In this document: positions 23,621 to 32,214 of the stretch, piece after piece
Numbering within the stretch: the stretch's first letter is position 1
How the letters are laid out: each line of letters begins with the position of its first letter
NCBI GenBank assembly: GCA_963667085.2
Contig: OY762975.1
Coordinates: forward strand, 655,578-719,577
Source: Acidimicrobiales bacterium
GTDB lineage: Bacteria > Actinomycetota > Acidimicrobiia > Acidimicrobiales > Bin134
DNA length: 64,000 bases
Reading direction: 5' to 3'
Position numbers and translations under genes: made by a program
The notes under the pieces: model-generated
What the model was told of the DNA's origin: nothing
The model's database searches: none
The model's input: the letters and a program-made list of their open reading frames with translations, nothing else

Positions 23621-24544
23621 TTGAATTCCGACCCGACCGAGAGAGTCCTCGGATTGGACGAATCTGAGAACCCCGAAATCCTGCCAACGATTCACCTTCG
23701 GAGCTTGCTGCCGAGCCTGACGCCGAAGCTGGCGGTGGTGGCCGAGGAGATCTTGGCCGACCCGGCCTTGGTAGTCCGGCAATCGGTGTCCGATCTGGCC
23801 CAGCGCACCGGAACTTCGATGTCGACCATCGTGCGCCTGTGCCAAGAGCTGGGCCTGCGGGGATTTCAGGACCTAAAGCTTCGACTGGCCGCCGAAGTCT
23901 CCACCACCGGTTTCGCCGGGCCGTCGGAGGGCGACGACCGCGAGTCGGTCCTCTCCAAGGTCCTGTCTTCAACCGTCGACGCCATCAGCCACACGCAGCA
24001 CACGCTGGACAAGGCCAGCTTCAACCAAGCCTCAGAATTGCTGGTTAACGCTCGCTCGATCATCTTCATCGGGGCCGGAGCCAGCGCCGCGGTGGCGTTC
24101 GACGCCGCATTTCGATTCCGCACGCTGGGTCACCGAGCCGAGTTCCACAGCGACTCGCACATGCAGCTCACCGCGGCCCGCTTCCTTCGTCCGGGAGACG
24201 TGGCCCTGGCAATCAGCCACTCCGGGTCAACTCGGGAGACCTTAACCGCACTGGAGGCGGCCTCAAGCGGAGGGGCGCAAACCGTGGCCATCACCACGTT
24301 CGCCCGATCCCCGCTGGCAGAACTCGCCGACCACCTCTTGCTGGCGGGTGGCACTGAGTCGGAGTTCCGGATTGCCGCCGTCTCCAGCCGACTGGCCCAC
24401 CTGGCCGTGGTCGACGCCTTGTTCGTTGCCGCGGCACGGTTGCGGCCGGAGCGGGCCCGGGCCGCCCAAGAGCTGTGGAGCGACATGATCGCCGAACACC
24501 GGCTCAGCCCTCCATGGGCCACTCGCCGAGAGCCGGCCGACTGA
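23621..24544 (+). CDS. MurR/RpiR-family transcriptional regulator (HTH + SIS phosphosugar-binding domain)
   Basis: N-terminal HTH_6 pattern (LTPKLAVVAEEILADPALVVRQSVSDLAQRTGTSMSTIVRLCQELG) and a C-terminal SIS domain (IIFIGAGASAAVA...ISHSGSTRET). TTG start. Confidence 0.85.
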   Translation: MNSDPTERVLGLDESENPEILPTIHLRSLLPSLTPKLAVVAEEILADPALVVRQSVSDLAQRTGTSMSTIVRLCQELGLRGFQDLKLRLAAEVSTTGFAGPSEGDDRESVLSKVLSSTVDAISHTQHTLDKASFNQASELLVNARSIIFIGAGASAAVAFDAAFRFRTLGHRAEFHSDSHMQLTAARFLRPGDVALAISHSGSTRETLTALEAASSGGAQTVAITTFARSPLAELADHLLLAGGTESEFRIAAVSSRLAHLAVVDALFVAAARLRPERARAAQELWSDMIAEHRLSPPWATRREPAD

Positions 24545-24550
24545 TCTAGC

Positions 24551-25363
24551 TCACGGTTCCAGCAGCAGCTTCCTCAGAGCATCGACTTCGGCTTGGGAGA
24601 GCGAGAGCTGATCCTGGGCATAGGCGTCAATGCCCCCGAAATCATGGTCGATGACGTCAAGCGCCAGCTCGATGTAGTCAGACTTCGCCAACCCCAACGC
24701 CAAGAGCACGTCGCGTGACTCCTCGGGGTACTCGGCCAGCCGAAGCTGAAACGTGCTGGACTGATCGGTCAGCCGATCATTGGTAAGCATGTAGTCCTCG
24801 ACTATTTGCCCACGATCAACTCCGAGGATCGACAGAATGACCGCGGCCGCCACACCAGTCCGGTCCTTGCCTCCCGCGCAATGAAACAGGACCGGGGAGC
24901 GATCGACGATGGAGCGGATCAGCACGGCGAACGCCGCGCTGCCTATCTCAGCAATATGCCGATAGGAATCGAGGAGTATCTGGTGGGCGTCCTCCCGGGT
25001 CAGCTCCCCGGCAATCAGTGACTCCATCACCTCGCCCGCAGTTCTTTCCCCTCGGCCGAATGGAGCAGACACAACGGTTGCTCCGGGAGGAAGCCTCGAT
25101 GGTCGGGCCTCGACCTCCTCGGAGCTGCGGAAATCAACGATGGTTTGGACTGATCGCTTCTCGAGTTCGGCCAGGTCGAGGGCGCTGAGATCGGCAAGGT
25201 CGTCAGATCGGTAGGCGAGGCCGAACTTCACCGACTGGCCGTTCGCGGTGGTCGCACCGCCCAGGTCTCGGACATTGAGGGCGCCGTCAAAATGGAGAAT
25301 CCGGCGAAGATGCAGCGGCGTGGGGCTGGCAGCGCCATCGGGTTTGTTGGAGTTAGGGGGCAT
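24551..25363 (-). CDS. MptpB-like atypical tyrosine/dual-specificity phosphatase (Y_phosphatase3-type)
   Basis: NVRDLGG entry motif and P-loop HCAGGKDRTG (CX5R). No signal peptide. ATG 25363 is preceded by GGAGAGGAA. Confidence 0.8.
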   Translation of the reverse strand: MPPNSNKPDGAASPTPLHLRRILHFDGALNVRDLGGATTANGQSVKFGLAYRSDDLADLSALDLAELEKRSVQTIVDFRSSEEVEARPSRLPPGATVVSAPFGRGERTAGEVMESLIAGELTREDAHQILLDSYRHIAEIGSAAFAVLIRSIVDRSPVLFHCAGGKDRTGVAAAVILSILGVDRGQIVEDYMLTNDRLTDQSSTFQLRLAEYPEESRDVLLALGLAKSDYIELALDVIDHDFGGIDAYAQDQLSLSQAEVDALRKLLLEP

Positions 25364-25377
25364 ATTCCTCTCCACAT

Positions 25378-28300
25378 TCAAAGGTCGGATCGAGCAATGG
25401 CCCGATCATCTGTTCCCAGATAGCTGGCAATGACGAGCGGATCGGCCCGCACCTGGTCGGGGCTGCCTTCAGCGATGACCTGCCCGGCTTCCAAGCAGTA
25501 GACATGATCGCTCACGCTCATGATCAGCGGCATGTCGTGCTCGATGATCAGCATCGACGACTGGAGTTCGCTGTTGATGCTCACCAGCAGCGGGCCGAAG
25601 GCCTCAGCCTCGCGCTGGGCCACGCCTGCGGTGGGTTCGTCGAGGCACAGCAGGTGGGCGTCGAGGGCTAGGAGGCCGCCGATTTCAACGATGCGCCGCG
25701 TTCCGGTCGACAGATCGCCCACATAGGAATCGCCATAGCGGCCCAAGCCAAGGAAGTCGATGATCTCGGTGGCGGCGCTTCTCTGGGCCCGGGAAATCCT
25801 GGTCGAGGCGGGGAGGCAGGCAGCAGTGGCCAGGATCGGCGTCCGCTCCCGGGCCTCAAGGGCCACCTCCACGGTTTCGCGCACGGTGAGCTCGGGAAAC
25901 AGGGTCGCCCCTTGGAACGTCCGGCCCAAACCGAGCATGGCGCGCCGGTGCGGAGCCAGGCGGCTGATGTCCGTTCCATCGAGCCTGATCTGGCCGACGG
26001 CCGGGACGAACCCCCCGACGGCATTCATAAACGTCGACTTGCCCGCACCGTTGGTTCCGATGAGCCCGACGATGCGGTTGGGCGGGATCGATAGCGACGC
26101 TCCGTCCAGAGCCTGGTTGCCGCCAAACGCCACCGACAGATCATTGGTTTCGAGAACCGGGTGGCCGCCGTCAGACCGGACGCGATGCGACGCGGGCAGC
26201 CGGACCGAACCCTGAGCTCCCTTCGGAGGCGCCGACAGTCCATAGCGGTTCTCCGCCCATCTCAGCCCTGACGACCGCCACGAATAGAGGATCTGGACGA
26301 AGCCGCCAGGGAAGTACATCACCACCAGCAAGAGCCCGATGCTGGATGTGAACAGCGCCACCACACTGCTGTTATTGAACAGGGATGGGAGCCCCTCGAT
26401 CCACAGGGCGCCAAGCACCGGCCCGATGATCGTGCCAAGACCTCCGATCACCACGATGCCGACCAGCCTGATCGAATCGTCGACGGTGAAGAACCGCTCG
26501 GAAAGCGGGATGCTTTGGACCAAACCGGCGAGCACCGCCCCGCCGAGGCCCACGATGCCGCCGGCCAGTGCGAAGGCCGATAGCTTCATGCGAGTGGAGC
26601 TAACGGTGTAGGCCGACGCGGCCTCGACGTTGTCTCGAATGGCAATGGTCCCCCGCCCGACTCCGGATCGGCGAAGCCGCTCCAAGATGAAGAGGACAAC
26701 AGTGAGAAGTACCAGGCAGAAGTAGTAGTAGTTGCGCTGGCTGGCCAGGTTGATGCCGAACAAGTCGCCCCGCATGAACGGGACGGTGCGAGGGTTGCCG
26801 TCGGAAAAAATCGGTCGCCGGAATATGTAGAGCGACGCGGCCAAGGCCAGCACCAGGGTCGTGACGGCCAGCATGAGTCCTTGCACCCGAAGAGCGCCCA
26901 CGCCCACTACCGCGGCCAGCAACGCAGTAAGCAGGGGCGCGATGAACACGGCCAGCGCAAACGGTATGGGGTCGGCGGTGAAATCGATGAACCAGAAGTC
27001 CATCTCGATGCCGCGGGTCAACGCGGCGGCGGTGAGCGCGCCGATTCCGGCGAAGCTCATCTGGGCCAGCGAGACCTGGCCCGACCATCCGGTGATGACG
27101 GTGAGCGAACTGGCACACAGCGCAAAGGCCAGAACCGACGCGTAGGCCAGATTCCGGCTCGGCTGGGTGATGATTAGCGGCAGCATAATCAACGCCAAGA
27201 GCCCGACTCCGAACCCGATCCGGCTCATGTGGCGTATCCACCAAATCTGGCGGAGGTGGTCGGGTATTGGGGGGATCTTTGGGGTGAACGAGAACGACTC
27301 GGTCGACAGGCGCTGGCTTCGCTGCAAAGCCACCGCGCCCAACACGGCCAGCAGCAGCAGGAATTCGAACAACCCCGGCTGGTCAAGGAAGTTGAACTGA
27401 ATCGTGAACTCGATGATGCCTAGATAAATGCCGGCCGCCATGGCCCGGGGAAACGAGGTCATCCCTGCGATCGCTGCGGCAACCAGGGCCCGAGCCAGAG
27501 TGGAGGCGCCAAGCCCCCCGAGGTTAGACACGCTGCCGCTCTGCCCCGACAGCAGAACGATGGCAATCGTGGAGATGAGTCCGGCCATCACCCACACGAA
27601 CGTTGAGACCACTTTCGGGTTGACGCCCGCCAGCCGGGAAAGGTCGGAGTCTTCGGCCGCGGCGGCCACGTTCTTGCCGAACCATGTGCGGTTGAGCACC
27701 AAATAGAGGCCGAGCGCCACAAGCGGGACCGCAACGAGGATGGTGAGCTGGGTACCGGAAACACGGATCCCCTTGGGCTCGCCCCCGCCCGATACCAGCG
27801 CGAGCACCCCGAAGGTCACCGCCAACCCGACGACCCATGTACTCAGCCAAGTGTTTCGCCGACTCGAGCGGTCTTTGTGGGTACGGAGCGCCAGCAGCCC
27901 CCAGCCCACCGCGGCGATCACCGCCGGGGCAGCAAGCACCGTCCAGAGCTGGACTTCGCTCACCCCCAGTGCTTCGAACGGCCGCCAACTGGCCGAGGTC
28001 ACCACCGGATAGCGCCGAATTCCCTTGACGTCGAGCTCGGGGTACGTCAGCGGGATCACTTGGCATAGCTGGGCCACCCCCACCGTGGCCACCAGCAAAA
28101 TGACCCTGGGCGAGCGGAACAGCCGCCGGATGACGGTGAGCTCGACGATTCCCCCGAACACCGCGCCCATCACCAGAACCAGGGCCACCGCCACCCAAAA
28201 CGGGAAGTTGTATTGAAGCACGAGCAGTGGCAACAGCATTCCGCCGATCAGTCCCATGTTCCCTACTGCGAAGTTGATCACCTTCGTCGATCGAAACGTC

Positions 28301-28404
28301 AGCACGATCCCCATGGCCAACAGCCCGATGACGATGCCCGTGACCGCGCCGTTGAACATCACCTGGGGGTTGATTCGGCTGGCGGCGAGAACGGCCGAGA
28401 ACAT
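25378..28404 (-). CDS. fused branched-chain-type ABC importer: LivH permease + LivM permease + LivG ATPase in one polypeptide
   Basis: 1008 aa. The N-terminus is LivH-like (FNGAVTGIVIGLLAMGIVLTFRSTKVINFAVG). The middle is LivM-like (LTVITGWSGQVSLAQMSFAGIGA). The C-terminus is an NBD with GTNGAGKST, LSTGTRRIVEI and LCLDEPTAGV. Confidence 0.9.
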   Translation of the reverse strand: MFSAVLAASRINPQVMFNGAVTGIVIGLLAMGIVLTFRSTKVINFAVGNMGLIGGMLLPLLVLQYNFPFWVAVALVLVMGAVFGGIVELTVIRRLFRSPRVILLVATVGVAQLCQVIPLTYPELDVKGIRRYPVVTSASWRPFEALGVSEVQLWTVLAAPAVIAAVGWGLLALRTHKDRSSRRNTWLSTWVVGLAVTFGVLALVSGGGEPKGIRVSGTQLTILVAVPLVALGLYLVLNRTWFGKNVAAAAEDSDLSRLAGVNPKVVSTFVWVMAGLISTIAIVLLSGQSGSVSNLGGLGASTLARALVAAAIAGMTSFPRAMAAGIYLGIIEFTIQFNFLDQPGLFEFLLLLAVLGAVALQRSQRLSTESFSFTPKIPPIPDHLRQIWWIRHMSRIGFGVGLLALIMLPLIITQPSRNLAYASVLAFALCASSLTVITGWSGQVSLAQMSFAGIGALTAAALTRGIEMDFWFIDFTADPIPFALAVFIAPLLTALLAAVVGVGALRVQGLMLAVTTLVLALAASLYIFRRPIFSDGNPRTVPFMRGDLFGINLASQRNYYYFCLVLLTVVLFILERLRRSGVGRGTIAIRDNVEAASAYTVSSTRMKLSAFALAGGIVGLGGAVLAGLVQSIPLSERFFTVDDSIRLVGIVVIGGLGTIIGPVLGALWIEGLPSLFNNSSVVALFTSSIGLLLVVMYFPGGFVQILYSWRSSGLRWAENRYGLSAPPKGAQGSVRLPASHRVRSDGGHPVLETNDLSVAFGGNQALDGASLSIPPNRIVGLIGTNGAGKSTFMNAVGGFVPAVGQIRLDGTDISRLAPHRRAMLGLGRTFQGATLFPELTVRETVEVALEARERTPILATAACLPASTRISRAQRSAATEIIDFLGLGRYGDSYVGDLSTGTRRIVEIGGLLALDAHLLCLDEPTAGVAQREAEAFGPLLVSINSELQSSMLIIEHDMPLIMSVSDHVYCLEAGQVIAEGSPDQVRADPLVIASYLGTDDRAIARSDL

Positions 28405-28406
28405 CG

Positions 28407-30629
28407 CTAGCCGCCCTCCTCTCCCAGGAACACCGCCCGGGCAATGTCGTCGCGCTCGGCCAATTCGGCGGTTCGCCCCTCGAACCGCACCTCGCCCTTC
28501 TCCAAGAAGACAGCCCGCTCGGCAATGGACAGGGCCACGTTCAAAGACTGCTCGACGATGATCATGGTCTGGCCCGTCTCCTTCAATGTCTCGACCAGCT
28601 CGAGAAGCTCAGCCACCACCCCCGGCGCCAGCCCGAGCGACAGCTCATCGATGAGCAGGATCTCGGGCTGGTGGAGCATCACCCGGGCCAGGGCCAGCAT
28701 CTGCTGCTGGCCGCCGGACAGGTCGCCGGCCAACTCCTGTTGCCGGTTCTTCAGCATGGGGAACAGCTCGTACACGTAGTCGAGCCTCTGCTCCAGGGCA
28801 GCCCGATCCTGGCGGTAGTGGCCGGCGCCCACCAGGATGTTGTCGGCGATCGTCATCGACCGAAACACCCCGCCACCGCCGGGGAGCATCTGGATGCCCA
28901 TGGCCACTCGCTGCTCTGGAGTGGCGAAGGTGATGGTGCGGCCGTTGAAGCGGACGATTCCCCTCTCCGGCGTGTTCAATCCGGTGACCACCTTGAGAGC
29001 GGTCGACTTGCCTGCTCCGTTGGTTCCCAAAAAGGCCAGGGTCTCGCCCTGTTGCACCTCGAAGCTGAGGTCGAACAGCACTTGCACTTGGCCATAGCTG
29101 AAGTCGACGTTGTGGAGTTGCAGCGCGGGTATGGTGGCACCCGGCTCGGTCCGACGCTGCTGCTCTTCCTCTTCTTCTTTGAGCTCGGACACCACCAGCG
29201 ACAAGTCCCGCCGCATCCGGCTCGCCCCACGCATGATGTAGAAGGCGCCGAGGGGCATGGCGATCACCGTGATCGTGATGATCGTGGACCGCTCCCCGAT
29301 CTCGTCTTGCAAAAGGGAGGCGAGGAGACCACCGCCCACCGCGCCGATGGCGAACATGAAGAACAAGATGATGGCCATCCCCATGCCGCGCAGCCGGTAG
29401 GGAAGAACCGTCTGCACCGCGGGTCCGATCATCGAGAACGACGCCCCCAGAAGCGTCCCGTTCACCACCGCCCAAGCCACGAACAGATAGACGTTGGGCA
29501 TGAAGTACTGGATGGGCACCGTTACCGTCAGCGGGAACAGCAGTGAGCCGAGAATGCGCAGAGCCCGGTTGGGATCGCGTTTGAACGTCTGGTCGAACCG
29601 CTTGCCGATGAACGGCAGGAACAGCAGCAGGCCAAAGGCGGTCGGCGATATGGCCAACCCCCGCTCAAAGGCGTCCAAGCCGAACTCCTCCTCCAGGAAG
29701 AAGCTCTCAATGGAACTGGCCGGAAAGAGCGCGAAGCCCAGCGCTGCCAGCGCGATGGTCATGTACCGGATGGTGTCGATACGCCAGATCCGGGCAAAGG
29801 CAGCTTCTACGGAGATCTCGATGCCGTCGTCGGTGTCGAGGCCCTTGCCGAGAACCTCGCGCTTTTCCCATTGGCCCCGCTCGGGCTCGGGTAGGCGCAG
29901 GGCATAGAACCCCATCACTGCTATGGGGATGCTGAGAACCAGATAGGCCCAGCGCCATCCCTCATCGCCCCCGGCAACGGTGGCCACCGCGCCCACCAGG
30001 ATCGGACTGATCGTTCCGGCCACGCGGGAGATGCTCTTCTCCAAGGCGTACATGCGGCCCCGGATGGCAATCGGGTAGGCATCGGCCAGCAACGTAGGGT
30101 GGATGGTGAGGCTGTTGGCCTTGGCGATGCCGGCGCCGAAGCGCAGCCAGAACAGCATGAATGCGCTCACCGCCAGCCCGGTGGCGAAGGAGAAGAACGA
30201 GAACACTATGGTGGCGATGGCCACGATGGGGGTTCGCCGCATGCGGTCGGCCAGCCAGCCCATGGGGGCGGCGCCAAGCATCAAGAAGGCAGCCGCCGCC
30301 ACCGAGATGAAGGTGATGGTGCCGTCGGAGACGTCGAATGTTTCGGCAATGTCGGGGCCCAGAACGCTGAGCGCGGCACCCTCCAGTTCGTCGAAGGCTT
30401 CGATGGCGGCCAGGGTGCCGAACGTGATCATCCCGCCCCGGCGGAGGCCGTCCCGCAGGCCCATCTCCTCAACGCCAACGCCGGGCAACGCGGCATCCTC
30501 ATACACCACATCTCGCTTGGCAGCCTGCGCGGCGTACAGCCGGGTCTCTTCGTTGTCAAGGATGGTGGAGCTCAGAAGGGAGGCGGCATTCTGATTCGGG
30601 TTGTCTGGGGCATTCCCTTCGACGGCCAC
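28407..30629 (-). CDS. chimeric MFS-transporter domain + LivF-type ABC ATPase
   Basis: 740 aa, GTG start. The N-terminal roughly 480 aa is polytopic with MFS motif A (GWLADRMRRTP). An E-rich linker (ELKEEEEEQQRR) follows, then an NBD with GTNGAGKST, LSGGQQQMLALAR and LLIDELSLGLAP. Its stop is 2 nt from the LivHMG start. Confidence 0.85.
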   Translation of the reverse strand: MAVEGNAPDNPNQNAASLLSSTILDNEETRLYAAQAAKRDVVYEDAALPGVGVEEMGLRDGLRRGGMITFGTLAAIEAFDELEGAALSVLGPDIAETFDVSDGTITFISVAAAAFLMLGAAPMGWLADRMRRTPIVAIATIVFSFFSFATGLAVSAFMLFWLRFGAGIAKANSLTIHPTLLADAYPIAIRGRMYALEKSISRVAGTISPILVGAVATVAGGDEGWRWAYLVLSIPIAVMGFYALRLPEPERGQWEKREVLGKGLDTDDGIEISVEAAFARIWRIDTIRYMTIALAALGFALFPASSIESFFLEEEFGLDAFERGLAISPTAFGLLLFLPFIGKRFDQTFKRDPNRALRILGSLLFPLTVTVPIQYFMPNVYLFVAWAVVNGTLLGASFSMIGPAVQTVLPYRLRGMGMAIILFFMFAIGAVGGGLLASLLQDEIGERSTIITITVIAMPLGAFYIMRGASRMRRDLSLVVSELKEEEEEQQRRTEPGATIPALQLHNVDFSYGQVQVLFDLSFEVQQGETLAFLGTNGAGKSTALKVVTGLNTPERGIVRFNGRTITFATPEQRVAMGIQMLPGGGGVFRSMTIADNILVGAGHYRQDRAALEQRLDYVYELFPMLKNRQQELAGDLSGGQQQMLALARVMLHQPEILLIDELSLGLAPGVVAELLELVETLKETGQTMIIVEQSLNVALSIAERAVFLEKGEVRFEGRTAELAERDDIARAVFLGEEGG

Positions 30630-30653
30630 GACAGATGGTTAGCACCTAAATCC

Positions 30654-30679
30654 GAATCGCGAAAGACAGCCTTTCGATT
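30654..30679. promoter_or_regulatory. imperfect palindrome in the divergent control region of transporter locus 1
   Basis: AATCGCGAAAG-ACAGC-CTTTCGATT. It lies in a 154-bp AT-rich intergenic region containing five CGAAA/TTTCG copies. Confidence 0.3.
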
Positions 30680-30783
30680 TTTGTCTACACTCATCGAAAA
30701 TATTGCGAAATTCGGGTGGACCGCCACGAGGAGTCGCCGTTTTTCGCTACGTTGTGACCACCACAGTGACTTTGGAGGTTCAA

Positions 30784-32214
30784 GTGTTCAAACGGCTTCT
30801 TGGAGTGCTCGTCGCTCTTTCGCTCATATTCACCGCCTGTGGCGGCGACTCAGATTCCGACTCTTCCGACGACACTCCGGCCGCGCCGGCCACTAGCGCG
30901 CCCGAACCCGAAGCCGACGAGCCGGCCCCCGCGCCCGAGCCCGACGACGAGGAACCAGCCCCCGAACCCGAAGCCGACGAGCCGGCCCCCGCGCCCGAGC
31001 CCGACGACGAGGAACCAGCCCCCGAACCCGAGCCCGAGGCGACTCCAGTGCCGCTGACCGCCTCATTCCGAGGGGTGACCGAAACAGAGATCCGCATCGG
31101 CATGACCTCCCTCAATGCCGAGATGTTCGGATTCGACCAGGGCGACCTGGCCTCCAAGTGGCAGGTGGCTGTGGACGCGGTGAACGCCGCCGGCGGAATC
31201 AACGGCCGGATGCTCGTTCCCTTCATTGATGTCCTCGACGTCATCGGAACAGTGGAGGCCGACGCCACCTGCGTGAAGTTCGTAGAAGACAAGATGGTCT
31301 TCGCCTTCGTCGGTTGGCTTCGCGAGGACAACGAGCTCTGCTACACCGAGCGCAACAACACCATCGCCGTCAACGGCAACGATGTGACACCGGAGGCCAT
31401 CAGCCGCTCCAATGGCCTGCTCTTCGCCACCGAGGCCACCAAGTTGGGAATCCAGCGTAACTTGATCGCCGCCGCCGCGGCCGACGGGCTCATCGATGGC
31501 AAGAGGGTCCACTTCAGCATCTTGGCCAGCGAAGACTCTCTCACCGACCCCCTCATCGAAACGCTAGAGGCTCACGGCGCCACCATCACCTCGGTGAGCA
31601 GGGTGACCGCGGTCGACGACGTGCAGGCCGCCGAGGCCAACCACGACGTGATCGTCCAGCGGATCGCCGATGAGGATCCTGATTTGGTGTATTCGCTGGA
31701 GCCTTCGCTCATGTCTGGGGCCATGATCAGGGCGGGGATCGACATCCCGCAGATCACCAGCGAGTCTAACGAAGACCTCTACCTGAACTTGGGCGTCGAT
31801 CCCACCGCCATCCAGCTTCACGTGTACGCACCGGCGCAGATTAAGACGTTCTGGGACCGGGGGGACGATCCCCTGCTCAATGAGTGCGTGGAAAATTACA
31901 ACAACGCTCAGATCACCGACGAGGACGGGAATGTCGAACAGGTCAACGTGACCGAAGATCCCAGCCAGCCCATCAACCTCGATCTGGTGGTCAGGGCCTG
32001 TCAGACGGTCTGGCTGTTCGCCGCCATTGCCACCGCCGCTGGCCCCAACCTCACCAACGAGACATTCCTGGAGGCGGCGGCCAACCTCGGGCCGATCGAC
32101 CTGCCGGGCATGTCTGCGGCTTCAATGAGCGAGGGCAAGATAGGCGCCGACGACTCCCCGCTGGTCAAGGTGATATGGGATGCCGAAAAAGAGGAGTTTG
32201 TGTCAGCCGGCTGA
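30784..32214 (+). CDS. LivJ-like (Peripla_BP_6-type) ABC substrate-binding lipoprotein with Pro/Glu/Asp-rich tether
   Basis: GGAGG sits 5 nt before GTG 30784. Lipobox IFTACGG, then an acidic PE/PA tether. The core GVTETEIRIG...VNAAGGINGR is typical of HAAT-family binding proteins. Confidence 0.85.
   Translation: MFKRLLGVLVALSLIFTACGGDSDSDSSDDTPAAPATSAPEPEADEPAPAPEPDDEEPAPEPEADEPAPAPEPDDEEPAPEPEPEATPVPLTASFRGVTETEIRIGMTSLNAEMFGFDQGDLASKWQVAVDAVNAAGGINGRMLVPFIDVLDVIGTVEADATCVKFVEDKMVFAFVGWLREDNELCYTERNNTIAVNGNDVTPEAISRSNGLLFATEATKLGIQRNLIAAAAADGLIDGKRVHFSILASEDSLTDPLIETLEAHGATITSVSRVTAVDDVQAAEANHDVIVQRIADEDPDLVYSLEPSLMSGAMIRAGIDIPQITSESNEDLYLNLGVDPTAIQLHVYAPAQIKTFWDRGDDPLLNECVENYNNAQITDEDGNVEQVNVTEDPSQPINLDLVVRACQTVWLFAAIATAAGPNLTNETFLEAAANLGPIDLPGMSAASMSEGKIGADDSPLVKVIWDAEKEEFVSAG
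30901..31031 (+). repeat. perfect 60-bp in-frame tandem duplication (2.2 copies) inside the binding-protein tether
   Basis: 30901-30960 and 30961-31020 are identical base for base. The next 11 nt start a third copy. The unit encodes PEPEADEPAPAPEPDDEEPA. Confidence 0.95.

Noticed and set aside
30654-30690. A hairpin plus T-run read as a Rho-independent terminator.
   Set aside because: No plus-strand gene ends upstream of it, and on the minus strand the T-run is on the wrong side. I kept it only as a possible operator or leader element.
30840-31060. Regularly spaced GC-rich repeats that could superficially suggest a CRISPR-like or minisatellite array. A similar stretch lies at 41530-41720.
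   Set aside because: They are in-frame coding repeats for Pro/Glu/Asp/Ala linkers inside binding-lipoprotein genes. There are no unique spacers and no cas genes.
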